DNA of 55,880 bases from Clostridia bacterium (GCA_017441125.1 JAFSAH010000028.1:1-55880), one strand, 5' to 3'; positions 26,725-37,537 are shown, counted from the stretch's first letter. Translations and numbers: made by a program. Notes: generated by a model not told the origin, from the letters alone.

Positions 26725-27453
26725 TTATTTTCCTGTTTTCTCAATTCTTGAAGTTATCCAAATCTGCCTGTCGCCTATATTATATCGTTTTTTAACTGAA
26801 AAGCCTGCGGCAATAAGCATGGATTTTAATGAATCGACACTGTAAAAGCGCTCTTCGATCTCGCTTTCGTATTTTTCAAAAAGCCCGCCGGGTCTTGCCT
26901 CAAAAACAGAGATTGCGTAAAATGCCAAATCCGAAGAAAAACTCCCCTCAATTATGGCAACGGAGCCGTCATCATGCTCAAAGGTCTGAATACCTACGGT
27001 CTTTTTAAACGCAGCGGACGTTTTCACGTCAAAAACGAAAAATCCGCCGGGTTCTATAAAATTATAAAGCTTTTTAAAAAACGTTTTAAGCTCTCTCTTA
27101 TAAAGAATATGGTTTACCGTATCCAACGAGCAAAAAGCGATATGATAAGCCCCGTAAAGATCAATATCCTGCAATGACTGACAAACCAAATGCGGCTCAT
27201 AACCGCAGTCTTCAATCTTTTCCCAAGCAATATTCAACATCTCGGAGGACATATCAACCCCTGTGCAGTTAAAGCCTCTGGAGATGAGCTCACAAATCAA
27301 AGTACCTGTTCCGCAACCGCAATCCAAAGCAAGCCCTTCCGTAGGGAGATCTTCGCAATGTTCAAAAACAGAATCAAGATACTTTTTATAATCAAAACCG
27401 TCGGTAAAACCGTCATAAACAGAAGCGAGACTGTTGTATTTCATCTTCTGCAA
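26725..27453 (-). CDS. Class I SAM-dependent methyltransferase
   Basis: Motif I 'ALDCGCGTG' and 'GGFFVFD'. Confidence 0.85.
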   Translation of the reverse strand: MQKMKYNSLASVYDGFTDGFDYKKYLDSVFEHCEDLPTEGLALDCGCGTGTLICELISRGFNCTGVDMSSEMLNIAWEKIEDCGYEPHLVCQSLQDIDLYGAYHIAFCSLDTVNHILYKRELKTFFKKLYNFIEPGGFFVFDVKTSAAFKKTVGIQTFEHDDGSVAIIEGSFSSDLAFYAISVFEARPGGLFEKYESEIEERFYSVDSLKSMLIAAGFSVKKRYNIGDRQIWITSRIEKTGK

Positions 27454-27741
27454 TTATTTTTCAAGTTTTTCGATAGCTGTTTTGTAGCCGTCAGCGCCGT
27501 AAAGAAGGGCTCTGTTAACTCTGGAGATAGTAGCGGAGGAAGCGCCTGTTTTTGCTACGATTTCCGCATACTGACAACCGTCCTTGAGCATACGCGCAAC
27601 TTCAAAACGCTGCTCTAAGCTTTTAAGCTCGGAAACGGTGCAAAGATCATCAAAAAATGCATAACATTCTTCTTCTGTCTCAAGGTTGAGGATCGCCTGC
27701 ATAAGAATATGCATTTGTTCATTCTTTAATTTTTCGTTCAT
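27454..27741 (-). CDS. yerC: YerC/YecD (TrpR-like) family protein
   Basis: 'FFDDLCTVSELKSLEQRFEVARML...GASSATISRVNRAL'. Confidence 0.85.
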   Translation of the reverse strand: MNEKLKNEQMHILMQAILNLETEEECYAFFDDLCTVSELKSLEQRFEVARMLKDGCQYAEIVAKTGASSATISRVNRALLYGADGYKTAIEKLEK

Positions 27742-27779
27742 TGTATATTCGCCTTTCTTTTATAAAATTTATTATGTAA

Positions 27780-29213
27780 TCAGCGTCTCTTTGCTGAATT
27801 GTTTACTTGCTTTGATTCTGCCCAGATTATTGCGTCGTTTTTGTTTTCTTCGTACATTGCCTGACGGCGAAGTCTGCGCATACGGTCTCTGCGCTTGCGC
27901 TTTGCGTTTGAAACAAGGAACATTATTATAATAATGCCGATAAGTATCAGTATTACTGCCAATATTATCAATATAACCTTCAGGATAACAGGCATCTTAA
28001 ACTCTTTTTTCTCGGAAGTATTATTTTCCTGATTTTCAGGATTTAAAACCGTTGGCGTATCATGCTGCTGGGTCGTGAATTTCAGATTCACGTTTCCGAT
28101 GTTGGAATACATCAAAGAAGAAGCATCCGTTACGGTAAGTGTCAGTGCGGGCTGAATATTATACTGACTGTAGGTTTCGGGAATATTGGCTTCAACCTTT
28201 ACGGAGGATTCTGAAATATCGTTATGAAGTAAATAATATATCTCATTGTTTGTATATACCGTTACGGTAGCAACGATGCTGTTATTTTCAACTACGTTTA
28301 CGGTTGTGGGTGCAAACATTTCAGCGGAAACGGTGTGCTTTGAAAAATTATCAAAGCCGTAATCCAAAAGAGCCGCAAGATCTGCGAATCTGTCATTTGC
28401 AGAATCGGCGGAAAGAGTAACTGCAATAAGAGTTATGCCGTTTCTTTCTGCAACAACAACGCCCGTATATCCCGCATCGGGTATGTAACCTGTTTTACCG
28501 CCGATAATTCCCTCATAGTAAAGAGGATTATTGGGCTTAAGGAGCTCCATACCTGTTGCAACGGGGAAAACCTCATTTCTTATGTTATCGGGAGCGATCT
28601 CATAGCGAACGGTTCCGAAAATTGTTGTAAAATATGTATTCTTGATTGCCTCTCTTGTAATAAGAGCCATATCGTATGCGGTTGTATAGTGGTTTTCGTT
28701 AAAAAGACCGTTTGCGTTTGCAAAATTAGTATTCTTTGCGCCTATTTCCTTTGCTCTTTCCGTCATTTTCAAAGCAAAAGCATCAATGCTGCCGCTGATC
28801 GACTCGGCAATACCGTTGCAGGCGTCATTGGCGGAGGCAAGCATCGCACCGTAAATAAGGTCTTCCATTCGAACCTTCTGACCTGTAGTCAGAGCGATAT
28901 GAGAAGAGTCTCTCGGAACTGTGGTAACGGTTGCATATTCCGACATTGTAACAACAGTATCGAAATTTGCCTCTTCGCAAGCAAGCAGTATTGTCATTAT
29001 TTTAGTTATGCTTGCAGGATACATTCTCTGATTCATGCCCTTTTCAACAAGAACCTGTCCCGTTTCAGCATCCATAAGAACATAGCTTTCACTGTTTATT
29101 GAAGGGAAAGCGGACGCTTCGGAAACGACGTTGAAATTAAAAAACAGGCTCAATGCCACAGAAACGGCAAGCAAACAAACAATTATCTTTGAAACCCTTT
29201 TCCTGATTATCAT
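27780..29213 (-). CDS. D-alanyl-D-alanine carboxypeptidase (PBP5/DacB-type, S11) with a C-terminal TM helix and basic tail
   Basis: Signal peptide. SxxK 'PASITKIM', SxN 'ASAND' and KTG 'GGKTGY'. The C-terminal TM 'ILKVILIILAVILILIGIIIIMFLV' is followed by 'KRKRRDRMRRLRR'. Confidence 0.9.
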   Translation of the reverse strand: MIIRKRVSKIIVCLLAVSVALSLFFNFNVVSEASAFPSINSESYVLMDAETGQVLVEKGMNQRMYPASITKIMTILLACEEANFDTVVTMSEYATVTTVPRDSSHIALTTGQKVRMEDLIYGAMLASANDACNGIAESISGSIDAFALKMTERAKEIGAKNTNFANANGLFNENHYTTAYDMALITREAIKNTYFTTIFGTVRYEIAPDNIRNEVFPVATGMELLKPNNPLYYEGIIGGKTGYIPDAGYTGVVVAERNGITLIAVTLSADSANDRFADLAALLDYGFDNFSKHTVSAEMFAPTTVNVVENNSIVATVTVYTNNEIYYLLHNDISESSVKVEANIPETYSQYNIQPALTLTVTDASSLMYSNIGNVNLKFTTQQHDTPTVLNPENQENNTSEKKEFKMPVILKVILIILAVILILIGIIIIMFLVSNAKRKRRDRMRRLRRQAMYEENKNDAIIWAESKQVNNSAKRR

Positions 29214-29337
29214 AATTATTGGCCCTTTCTCAAAGGAAATTCTAAAAAATACCTTAATTTTATAAATTTACCATTATAAATAATTATATTTACATTATAC
29301 ATTAATTCTTCGGATTAGTCAAGTACTTTTATGAAAT

Positions 29338-29832
29338 TCACACAAATAATTCGGTGGCAAAATAACCCAAAGACATCATGACAAGCATATACAGACCCGT
29401 TCCCACCAAAGAACTAAACAAATATTGGGTAAAATTCATTTTTGAAAGACCTGCGGGGAAAGAAACAAAGGCGCGCGCAAAGGGAATTACCCTTGCAATA
29501 AACAATCCGACCGTTCCCCGACTTTCAATAAAGGAATTCGCCCGATTATAAGCCTTTCCCAAAAAAGAATACTTATGGCAGACCCTGTCAACCGTGCCGT
29601 GAAACAAAACGCATATCCCGTATATTGTGATTTGAGACAAGACCGCCGCTATAACGCCCCAGAAATAAGCCATAAAGAAATTGAGATTTCCCATTTTCGA
29701 AATGACGCCCGCCGCAGGGATACATATGCCTCCGGGAAAACCCGGAATACAAAGATATTCGGTAAAAATTAAAGCAAATATTATGAAAGAACCGTACTCT
29801 TCCATAAAGCTCATTACATTTTCGATACTCAT
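29338..29832 (-). CDS. DedA/VTT-domain membrane protein
   Basis: Small polytopic membrane protein with 'FIARVIPFARAFVSFPAGLSKM'. Confidence 0.65.
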   Translation of the reverse strand: MSIENVMSFMEEYGSFIIFALIFTEYLCIPGFPGGICIPAAGVISKMGNLNFFMAYFWGVIAAVLSQITIYGICVLFHGTVDRVCHKYSFLGKAYNRANSFIESRGTVGLFIARVIPFARAFVSFPAGLSKMNFTQYLFSSLVGTGLYMLVMMSLGYFATELFV

Positions 29833-29897
29833 AACATTTATATTTTACGCAAAAACAGCCGAAAAATACTTTGATCATTTTTCGGTTGCTTTAATTT

Positions 29898-31262
29898 TTA
29901 TTGATGCTTTGATTCGCCTATTTGACTGATCTTCCATCTACCGGATTTCACATAGATCAAACCGATAATAGCTGAACCGAGAGAAGCGATAGGACCGCCG
30001 AGACCGATACCTGTCATTCCCATGTTGAAAACATTTCCAAGAAGAATTGCAAAGGGCGCTCTGAGTACGACTGATGACAGCATGCCGTTTAACAATGAAA
30101 AAGCGGTATGGCCTGCCCCGTTTAAAAGACCGTTAACGCTAAATACAATGGGAACAATTATGTAATCAAATGAAAATGTTCGTATGTACTGAACCCCATA
30201 TTCAATAACCTCGGGATTTCTGTCAAAAAGTGAAATTACAGTTTCGGGGAAAAGCTGAACAAACAGGAAAATAACGCCGCCGATCACAAAAGAAATCTTA
30301 ATGGAAGTCTTCATCGTATCCAAAGCTCTGTCGTAGAGTCTTGCGCCGATATTCTGTCCCGCCATTGATGCAACAGACATTGACATTGCGATAATAGGCA
30401 AAATAGCAACGCTGTTGAATTTACCTGAAATACCTGCCGCAGCCGATGCCTCCATGCCGTAACCGTTTACAAGAACGGTAATTATAATAAAGGATAAGCT
30501 TGTAACCACGTTTTGAATTGCTGTGGGGAAGCCTATTTTTAAAATACGCATCAACGTTTTATTGTGGATTTTAAAGCTATTTAATTTAAAATCGAACATG
30601 AAATTATTCTTTTTCAGATAAATTACAGATATAATAACGCTGATTGCCTGAGAAATTATGGTTGCCCAAGCGGCCCCCGCTGCAGACATCTTAAACCATC
30701 CGACAAAAACAAAGTCAAGAGCAATATTTACAAAGCAAGCAATAGCCACAAAGATCAATGGATGCTTGGAGTCACCCAAGCCTCTCATAACACCGCTTAT
30801 GGCGTTATAAAGGAATGTGAAAACGATACCGTAAGAACAAATTTGAACATAATCCAAAGCCTGAGAAAAGCTTTCTTCGGGAGTTTGCATAAGTATCATT
30901 ATAGGTTCAGACAAGAATGCCATTAAAACAGAAATAACAACACCGCTGACAGCCATTAACGTAAAGACTGTCGAAACGGTTTTCTGCGCCTCTTCATGAC
31001 GTTTGGCACCTACGTGCTGTGCAACAAGAACTGTTGCGCCAACGGCAAGGCCCGTAATAAAGTTTATAATAAGCAATGTAACATTTCCGCCGTTTGATAC
31101 GCCTGAAATACCTGCAGAACCGTCAAATTGACCTACTATAAACATATCTGCAACATTATATAAAGCTTGAAGAAGATTTGAAAGAAGGAACGGTACACAA
31201 AACTTAAAAAGCTGTTTTGCAACGCTTCCTCCTGTCAAGTCACTGCCAAAGTTGTTACTCAT
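29898..31262 (-). CDS. MATE family efflux transporter
   Basis: 12-TM pattern with N-terminus 'LFKFCVPFLLSNLLQALYNVADMFIVGQ'. Confidence 0.9.
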   Translation of the reverse strand: MSNNFGSDLTGGSVAKQLFKFCVPFLLSNLLQALYNVADMFIVGQFDGSAGISGVSNGGNVTLLIINFITGLAVGATVLVAQHVGAKRHEEAQKTVSTVFTLMAVSGVVISVLMAFLSEPIMILMQTPEESFSQALDYVQICSYGIVFTFLYNAISGVMRGLGDSKHPLIFVAIACFVNIALDFVFVGWFKMSAAGAAWATIISQAISVIISVIYLKKNNFMFDFKLNSFKIHNKTLMRILKIGFPTAIQNVVTSLSFIIITVLVNGYGMEASAAAGISGKFNSVAILPIIAMSMSVASMAGQNIGARLYDRALDTMKTSIKISFVIGGVIFLFVQLFPETVISLFDRNPEVIEYGVQYIRTFSFDYIIVPIVFSVNGLLNGAGHTAFSLLNGMLSSVVLRAPFAILLGNVFNMGMTGIGLGGPIASLGSAIIGLIYVKSGRWKISQIGESKHQ

Positions 31263-31293
31263 TATTGATTTTTATCCTTTCAATATCCGAACC

Positions 31294-31992
31294 TTATTTC
31301 TGTCTTAAAATATTTTCCGCAATAAAAACATCTTCGGGTGTAGTAATTTTTATATTTGAATATGAACAGCAGAACAGTTTTACCTTGTAGCCGAGAGCTT
31401 CAGCCATACCGCTGTCATCGGTAAATTCATTAAAACTGTCTTTAAAGCGTTCAACCATTTCGGTATATATCTCTTTGGAAAAAGTTTGGGGCGTTGAAAC
31501 AGCCGTCAAGGAATTTCTGTCGGGAGTTTCGCTGATGAAACCCTCAGTATCCAATATTTTAACCGTGTCCTTGACCTTCGTGCCGCAAATTGCGCATCCG
31601 GATGAAAACGCCTCTCTGTTCACACAGTCAATTTCCTGAGGAGTAATCAACGGGCGGGCACCGTCATGAACTGCAACAAACGGACAGGAAGCGTCAGACA
31701 GCAAAAAGCCTTTTGCCGCAGATTCCTGCCGACAGGAGCCGCCTTCAACTGCCTTTGAATATTTACTTATTCCGTACTCTGCCGCATAACCGTCAATGAC
31801 GGGAATGAGGTCGGGACGGGTAACAACAATTATTTCCTTAACGGTCTCGGCTTTTTCAAAAGCCAAAAGCGTTCTGCAAATACATGGAATACCGCCTATG
31901 GGAAGAATAATTTTATCTTTATTCATCCGCGAAGCGTTTCCTGCCGCAACAATGACGGCACTAACAAATTTTTCTTCGGTCATATCAATCAT
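31294..31992 (-). CDS. ispD: 2-C-methyl-D-erythritol 4-phosphate cytidylyltransferase
   Basis: 'AVIVAAGNASRM', 'VAVHDGARP' and 'KITTPEDV'. Confidence 0.9.
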   Translation of the reverse strand: MIDMTEEKFVSAVIVAAGNASRMNKDKIILPIGGIPCICRTLLAFEKAETVKEIIVVTRPDLIPVIDGYAAEYGISKYSKAVEGGSCRQESAAKGFLLSDASCPFVAVHDGARPLITPQEIDCVNREAFSSGCAICGTKVKDTVKILDTEGFISETPDRNSLTAVSTPQTFSKEIYTEMVERFKDSFNEFTDDSGMAEALGYKVKLFCCSYSNIKITTPEDVFIAENILRQK

Positions 31993-32209
31993 CCGTAATG
32001 ATACCTTTTAAATAAAAATCGTCATACTAACATATTAACTCATGATAAATTATAACACAAATCGACAGGAATATCAACGATAAAAATAAAGGTTCAAATT
32101 ATTGTCAACAAAAAAACGCGTTCATGGACAAAACTAAGAAAAAAAACTCTTGATTTCCTATAAATTTTGCTGTATAATTATGGGTAGAGAATAAAGAAGG
32201 TAAAATTAA

Positions 32210-32998
32210 ATGATAATAGATTTTCACGTTCACACATTTCCCGACAGTCTTGCGCCTAAAGTAATACCGAAGCTTTCGGCGGCAGCGGGAATAGAACCCC
32301 AAACGGACGCGACGGTATCCGACACCCTGAATAAAATGAAGGAATGGGGTATTGACAGAGCCGTACTGCTGAATATCGCAACGGCGCCCACGCAACAAAC
32401 CACTATCAACAATGTTGCAGCAGAAAATAACAAGCTCCCCTTCTACACCTTCGGTTCGGTACATCCCGATGCGGAAGATAAGATATCGGAATTAAAAAGA
32501 ATCAAGGAATTGGGGCTTTACGGAATAAAGCTTCATCCGGAATACCAACAGTTTTTTGTTGATGATGAAAAAGTCTTTCCAATATATGAAGAATGTGAGG
32601 CATTGAATCTCCCCATAACATTTCACGCAGGATGCGACCTGGGCTTCGGGCCTCCCGTCCATGCGACACCTGACAGATTAAGAAATGTCCTTGATATGTT
32701 CCCGAAGCTCAAAGTAATCGCGGCACATTTCGGCGGTTACAAATGTTGGGACATGGCAGATTATTTTCTGATAGGTAAAAATATTTATTTCGACACCTCA
32801 TTCACGGCAAATGAAATAGACCCGATACGAATGAGAGATATGATAAAAAAACACGGAGTGGATAAGATTCTTTTTGCATCAGACTGTCCTTGGAAAAAGA
32901 TGTCGGACTCCATAGTACAAATAGAAAAAACAGGACTTCCAACCGCAGATACGGATAAAATATTTTATCAAAACGCATTGGAGCTGTTAAATTCATGA
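32210..32998 (+). CDS. Metal-dependent hydrolase of the amidohydrolase (TIM-barrel) fold
   Basis: 'MIIDFHVHTFPD', 'GIKLHPEYQ', 'ITFHAG' and 'FASDCPW'. Confidence 0.7.
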   Translation: MIIDFHVHTFPDSLAPKVIPKLSAAAGIEPQTDATVSDTLNKMKEWGIDRAVLLNIATAPTQQTTINNVAAENNKLPFYTFGSVHPDAEDKISELKRIKELGLYGIKLHPEYQQFFVDDEKVFPIYEECEALNLPITFHAGCDLGFGPPVHATPDRLRNVLDMFPKLKVIAAHFGGYKCWDMADYFLIGKNIYFDTSFTANEIDPIRMRDMIKKHGVDKILFASDCPWKKMSDSIVQIEKTGLPTADTDKIFYQNALELLNS

Positions 32999-33261
32999 GA
33001 AAAACAGACTCTCCCTCAGCCGGAATAATTGAAATAGATATTCACGGAATGAATAAATATCAGGCAAAGATCCTTATTGAAAGCAGGCTGAGATCCGTCC
33101 CCAAATCCGTATACAGATTAAGAATAATACACGGATATCACAGTGGAACGGAGTTACGTGATATGGTAAGAAAAGAGCTCGGAGCAAATAAAAAAGTACT
33201 GCGTGTTGAGGTCGGATTGAATCCCGGCGAAACAGACCTTATTTTAAGAGAATTATTTTAA
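32995..33261 (+). CDS. Smr-domain protein
   Basis: 'EIDIHGMNKYQA...RIIHGYHSGTELRDMV'. ATGA overlap with the upstream gene. Confidence 0.6.
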   Translation: MRKTDSPSAGIIEIDIHGMNKYQAKILIESRLRSVPKSVYRLRIIHGYHSGTELRDMVRKELGANKKVLRVEVGLNPGETDLILRELF

Positions 33262-33299
33262 ATTCAATATAGTTTAAACATAGAAAGGAACATTAAACA

Positions 33300-35099
33300 A
33301 TGGCAGAAAAAAGAATTATCGGAGATTATCCCGTAATAGGTATCAGACCCACTATTGACGGACGCAGAGGCGTTCTTAAGGTTCGTGAAAGCCTTGAAGA
33401 GCAAACTATGGGTATGGCTAAAGCGGCAAAGGACTTGTTTGAAAAGAATCTCAAATACTCAAACGGAGAACCCGTAAAGGTAATCATTGCAGACACTACC
33501 ATCGGCAGAGTTGCGGAAGCGGCTGCTTGCGCTGATAAATTCAAAAAAGCAGGCGTAGATATAACTCTTACAGTTACCCCCTGCTGGTGCTACGGCGCAG
33601 AAACAATGGATATGGACCCCATGACTATCAAGGGTGTTTGGGGCTTTAACGGCACGGAAAGACCCGGCGCTGTTTATTTGGCATCAGTTCTTGCAACACA
33701 CGCGCAGAAAGGCCTCCCCGCATTCGGTATTTACGGACATGACGTACAGAATGCAGACGACAAGACAATTCCCGCTGACGTTGAAGAAAAGCTCCTCAGA
33801 TTCGGTCGCGCAGCAGTTGCGGCAGCTTCCATGAGAGGTAAATCTTATCTTCAGATCGGTTCTATCTGTATGGGTATCGGCGGCTCTATCATTGACCCCA
33901 ACTTCATTGAAGATTATCTCGGCATGAGAGTTGAATCCGTTGACGAAGTTGAAGTTATCCGCAGAATGACAGAAGGCATTTACGATAAAAACGAATATGA
34001 AAAAGCTCTTGCATGGGTAAAAGAAAAGTGCATTGAAGGCTTTGACAAAAACCCCGCAGAATATCAGAAGACTCGCGAAGCAAAAGACGGCGACTGGGAA
34101 TTTGTTGTTAAGATGATGTGTATCATCAAGGACCTCATGAACGGCAACAAAAACCTTCCCGAAGGCTGCGAAGAAGAAATGGTTGGACACAACGCTATTG
34201 CGGCAGGCTTCCAGGGTCAGAGACAGTGGACAGACTTCTACCCCAACTGTGACTTCCCCGAAGCAATGCTCAATACATCCTTTGACTGGAACGGTGCAAG
34301 AGAGCCCTACATTCTCGCAACGGAAAATGACGTTCTTAACGGTCTCGGAATGCTCTTCATGAAGCTTCTCACAAACAGAGCGCAGATGTTTGCAGACGTT
34401 CGTACATATTGGAGCCCCGATGCAGTTAAAAACGCTACGGGCTATGACCTTGAAGGCGTTGCAAAAGAAGCCGGCGGCTTTATTCACCTTATCAACTCAG
34501 GCGCTTGCTGTCTTGACGCAAACGGCGCTGTTTCCGATGAAAACGGTGACGCTGTTATGAAGCCCTGGTATGAAATGACACAGGCAGATCAGGATGCTGT
34601 AATGGCAAATACCACATGGAACTACGCAGACTTGGGCTACTTCAGAGGCGGCGGCTACTCTTCAAGATTTGAAACAAAGCGTCAGATGCCTGCAACAATG
34701 ATCAGATTGAACCTCGTAAAAGGTCTTGGCCCCGTTCTTCAGATCGCAGAAGGCTGGACAGTAGGTCTTCCCGAAGAAGTATCCGATAAGCTTTGGGCAA
34801 GAACAGACTACACATGGCCCTGCACATGGTTCGCTCCGAGAACAACAGGCGAAGGCGCATTCAAAACAGCTTATGACGTAATGAACAACTGGGGCGCAAA
34901 TCACGGCGCTATCTCCTACGGACATATCGGCGCAGATCTTATTACACTTTGCTCAATGTTGAGAATTCCCGTATGTATGCATAATGTACCCGAAGATAAG
35001 ATATTCAGACCTGCAGCATGGAATGCTTTCGGCATGGATAAAGAAGGTCAGGATTACAGAGCTTGCGCGGCTTACGGTCCTTTGTATAAAAATATCTGA
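33300..35099 (+). CDS. fucI: L-fucose isomerase
   Basis: About 600 aa with the characteristic N-terminus '[27 protein letters not shown]' and '[14 protein letters not shown]'. Confidence 0.9.
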   Translation: MAEKRIIGDYPVIGIRPTIDGRRGVLKVRESLEEQTMGMAKAAKDLFEKNLKYSNGEPVKVIIADTTIGRVAEAAACADKFKKAGVDITLTVTPCWCYGAETMDMDPMTIKGVWGFNGTERPGAVYLASVLATHAQKGLPAFGIYGHDVQNADDKTIPADVEEKLLRFGRAAVAAASMRGKSYLQIGSICMGIGGSIIDPNFIEDYLGMRVESVDEVEVIRRMTEGIYDKNEYEKALAWVKEKCIEGFDKNPAEYQKTREAKDGDWEFVVKMMCIIKDLMNGNKNLPEGCEEEMVGHNAIAAGFQGQRQWTDFYPNCDFPEAMLNTSFDWNGAREPYILATENDVLNGLGMLFMKLLTNRAQMFADVRTYWSPDAVKNATGYDLEGVAKEAGGFIHLINSGACCLDANGAVSDENGDAVMKPWYEMTQADQDAVMANTTWNYADLGYFRGGGYSSRFETKRQMPATMIRLNLVKGLGPVLQIAEGWTVGLPEEVSDKLWARTDYTWPCTWFAPRTTGEGAFKTAYDVMNNWGANHGAISYGHIGADLITLCSMLRIPVCMHNVPEDKIFRPAAWNAFGMDKEGQDYRACAAYGPLYKNI

Positions 35100-35120
35100 T
35101 TGAATTTCAAATAAAAATTA

Positions 35121-35150
35121 TGAGGGGGAACCTGAAAAGGTTCCCCCTCA
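35121..35150. terminator. GC-rich bidirectional terminator between convergent fucI and the isochorismatase-like gene
   Basis: TGAGGGGGAACC, loop TGAAAA, then GGTTCCCCCTCA. The flanks are T-rich on the minus-strand side. Confidence 0.8.
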
Positions 35151-35159
35151 ATTATAATT

Positions 35160-35786
35160 CTAAATTTCTGCGATTATAACGCCGTTAAGCATCATATTAT
35201 AAAGAGCGAAGCGGTGCATAACATTTCCGTCATGGGCTTCCGTAGTAAAAGAATGAGTGGCGTTTTCCAACACGACAACATTGAGTTTTTTGTCATTTTG
35301 ATTTGCGTAAGCCTTTAAAGACAAAGCGTATTGCATAACGGAAAGATCTGTCATACCGCCGCCGATGACATAGTTTACCACGTTTTTATTTTCCGCGACC
35401 CAACGAAGATAATCGGGGCAAAAAAACGGATTTGTTCCGTTCTTTTGTATCACGGTCGCACCGGATAAAAACCGTTCCAACTCTTCAATTACGGTCTGCT
35501 CCTCCTTGGTTGCGCAATGCTCGGGGAACGTTTTGAATTCCACACTCTGAAAATCATGTGCGTCGTAAATGAAAAGTCTTCTGCTATGTAAAAAATACTC
35601 ATTCATCTGAATCAATCTCGGTATTTTTGCCGTAGTTTGAGGAGAAGAAAAATATCCGTCTTTAAAATATCCGTTAACGGTATTCAGATTAACGACCACC
35701 GTTCTTGCAGGATCAAGCGGTACTTTACGGATATTGACAGTCATCTCATCAAGTATCTTATCGGCACTTCTTGAAAATAAAGCCAT
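35160..35786 (-). CDS. Isochorismatase/cysteine-hydrolase superfamily protein (nucleophile position appears to be Ser)
   Basis: 'FPEHCATKEEQTVIEEL' parallels the nicotinamidase 'WPxHCvxgtxGa' motif. 'GGGMTDLSV' sits at the 'GlatDyCV' position. Confidence 0.55.
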   Translation of the reverse strand: MALFSRSADKILDEMTVNIRKVPLDPARTVVVNLNTVNGYFKDGYFSSPQTTAKIPRLIQMNEYFLHSRRLFIYDAHDFQSVEFKTFPEHCATKEEQTVIEELERFLSGATVIQKNGTNPFFCPDYLRWVAENKNVVNYVIGGGMTDLSVMQYALSLKAYANQNDKKLNVVVLENATHSFTTEAHDGNVMHRFALYNMMLNGVIIAEI

Positions 35787-35804
35787 TGGACTCCCCCTCC
35801 CCTT

Positions 35805-36443
35805 TTACATTTTTTGAATCTTTTCTATGTAAGCGTTTCTGTCGCTTTGAGCAAAAACCGCAGAACCGAGTACGGCAACGTCAACTCCGCTTTCAACAGT
35901 TGCCAAAAGAGTTGCATCGTTTATTCCGCCGTCTGCCTGAATAACGGTTTCAAGACCTCTGCTCTTTATTTCATTTTTAATAGCCCTTACCTTATCCAGG
36001 CAGGCATCTATCATCTTTTGACCGCCGAAGCCGGGCTCAACGGTCATTACCAATACCATATAAAGCTTATCAAGGTAGGGAAAAACCGCTTCTGCGGGCG
36101 TATTGGGCTTGATCGAAACAGAAGGCTTTGCGCCGCATTCAATAATAAGGTCTATCAGTTTATCGCAATCATCAGTTGCCTCGGCATGGAACGTAATTAT
36201 ATCCGCGCCTGCTTTTGCAAACTGTGGAATATATTTTTCCGGATCGGAAATCATTAAATGACAGTCAAGGACCATGTCCGTAGCCTTACGGATACTCGCC
36301 ACAACGGGAATACCAATTGAAATATTGGGAACGAAATGCCCGTCCATAACGTCAAGATGGATCATATCCGCAGAGCTTACAGTTTTTATTTCGTTTTTTA
36401 TGTCAGCAAAATCACAAGATAAAAGAGAGGGTGCAACTAACAT
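35805..36443 (-). CDS. rpe: Ribulose-phosphate 3-epimerase
   Basis: 'APSLLSCDF', 'HLDVMDGHFVPN' and 'MTVEPGFGGQ'. I prefer the ATG at 36443, with GGAGA 6 nt upstream; the track start is 36455. Confidence 0.92.
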   Translation of the reverse strand: MLVAPSLLSCDFADIKNEIKTVSSADMIHLDVMDGHFVPNISIGIPVVASIRKATDMVLDCHLMISDPEKYIPQFAKAGADIITFHAEATDDCDKLIDLIIECGAKPSVSIKPNTPAEAVFPYLDKLYMVLVMTVEPGFGGQKMIDACLDKVRAIKNEIKSRGLETVIQADGGINDATLLATVESGVDVAVLGSAVFAQSDRNAYIEKIQKM

Positions 36444-36495
36444 TATAATCTCCATTCTACCGCCTTTGAGACGACTCCAGCACTTTATTTAAACT

Positions 36496-37251
36496 CTATT
36501 CCTTAATTCTTATTATAGTTTTCTTTTCGGTGTCAACGACCACGCCGCAAACTACACCGACACCGTCTATCTGCTCAAAATTCGTATTCATACCCGTTAC
36601 AAAACGACGTATTGAGCATTCGGGCTTGGCGCCGAGAACGGACTCCTGAACTCCTGTCATACCAACGTCGGTTATATATGCCGTACCTTTAGGCAATATC
36701 TGCTCATCGGCTGTTTCAATATGAGTATGGGTTCCGAAAACGCCGTCAACGCGTCCGTCAAGATAATATCCCATAGCCTTCTTTTCACTCGTAGCTTCCG
36801 CATGGAAATCCACAAAAATAAAGTCGCATTCGTCTTTGACCTTATTGATTATTCTGTCTGCGGCACTGAAGGGATTTTCGCAAGGGTCCATGCCGACTTG
36901 TCCCATAAGATTTATGAAACAGACCTTACCACGACAGCAATCGAGGATAGTATATCCGTTACCCAAAGCAGACGACGGGAAATTTGCAGGTCTGATAATA
37001 AATTCATTATCATCAAGAAATCCCGCCAACTTGCGCTGTCTGAAAGCGTGATTGCCCAAGGTTATAACGTCAACCCCAAGATAGTGAAGGTCCTCCGCCT
37101 CCGTAGGAGTTATGCCGTTATAGGGATTCATGTTTTCACCGTTTGCGGCAACGAAATCTATATTATATTTTTTAATCAAACCGTCAATGTTCCTGCGCAC
37201 TGCTTCGGCGCCGGGAACACCCACGATATCTCCCATAAATAAAAGTCTCAA
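36496..37251 (-). CDS. ymdB: YmdB-family metallophosphoesterase (2',3'-cyclic-nucleotide phosphodiesterase)
   Basis: 'LLFMGDIVG', 'VAANGEN', 'TLGNHAF' and 'VDFHAEATSEK'. Confidence 0.88.
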   Translation of the reverse strand: MRLLFMGDIVGVPGAEAVRRNIDGLIKKYNIDFVAANGENMNPYNGITPTEAEDLHYLGVDVITLGNHAFRQRKLAGFLDDNEFIIRPANFPSSALGNGYTILDCCRGKVCFINLMGQVGMDPCENPFSAADRIINKVKDECDFIFVDFHAEATSEKKAMGYYLDGRVDGVFGTHTHIETADEQILPKGTAYITDVGMTGVQESVLGAKPECSIRRFVTGMNTNFEQIDGVGVVCGVVVDTEKKTIIRIKE

Positions 37252-37486
37252 TTTTTTTCTCCAAAAATTTATTTTATATTAAAAAATACTAAATTTTTCA
37301 CGTTGAAAATTTATTTAACGATAAATTCTCTGTACATATAATTATACCACTAAAACCCGTTTTTTGTCAATAGGCAGGATGTCCTATTATTGTTAATAAA
37401 GTAAGACAAAAAATAAATAACCTAAAAAAATATTTACATACAAAGGTACTCATATGAATAATTGAAATGAATATAATATAATTACA

Positions 37487-37511
37487 CAAAAAAAACAGAG
37501 AGGGACCTCTG
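37487..37511 (-). terminator. Short hairpin plus T8 tract downstream of the 41-aa peptide gene
   Basis: The minus strand reads CAGAGGTCCCTCTCTG followed by TTTTTTTT. Confidence 0.5.
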
Positions 37512-37537
37512 TATGAAGTCCCGTTTCAATTATTTTT

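Noticed and set aside
32105-32464. A 119-aa minus-strand ORF overlapping the start and promoter region of the amidohydrolase gene.
   Set aside because: It has no ribosome-binding site, and its Arg/Cys-rich composition is implausible. It overlaps a TTGATT-17-TATAAT promoter-like site and the 5' end of a good plus-strand gene.
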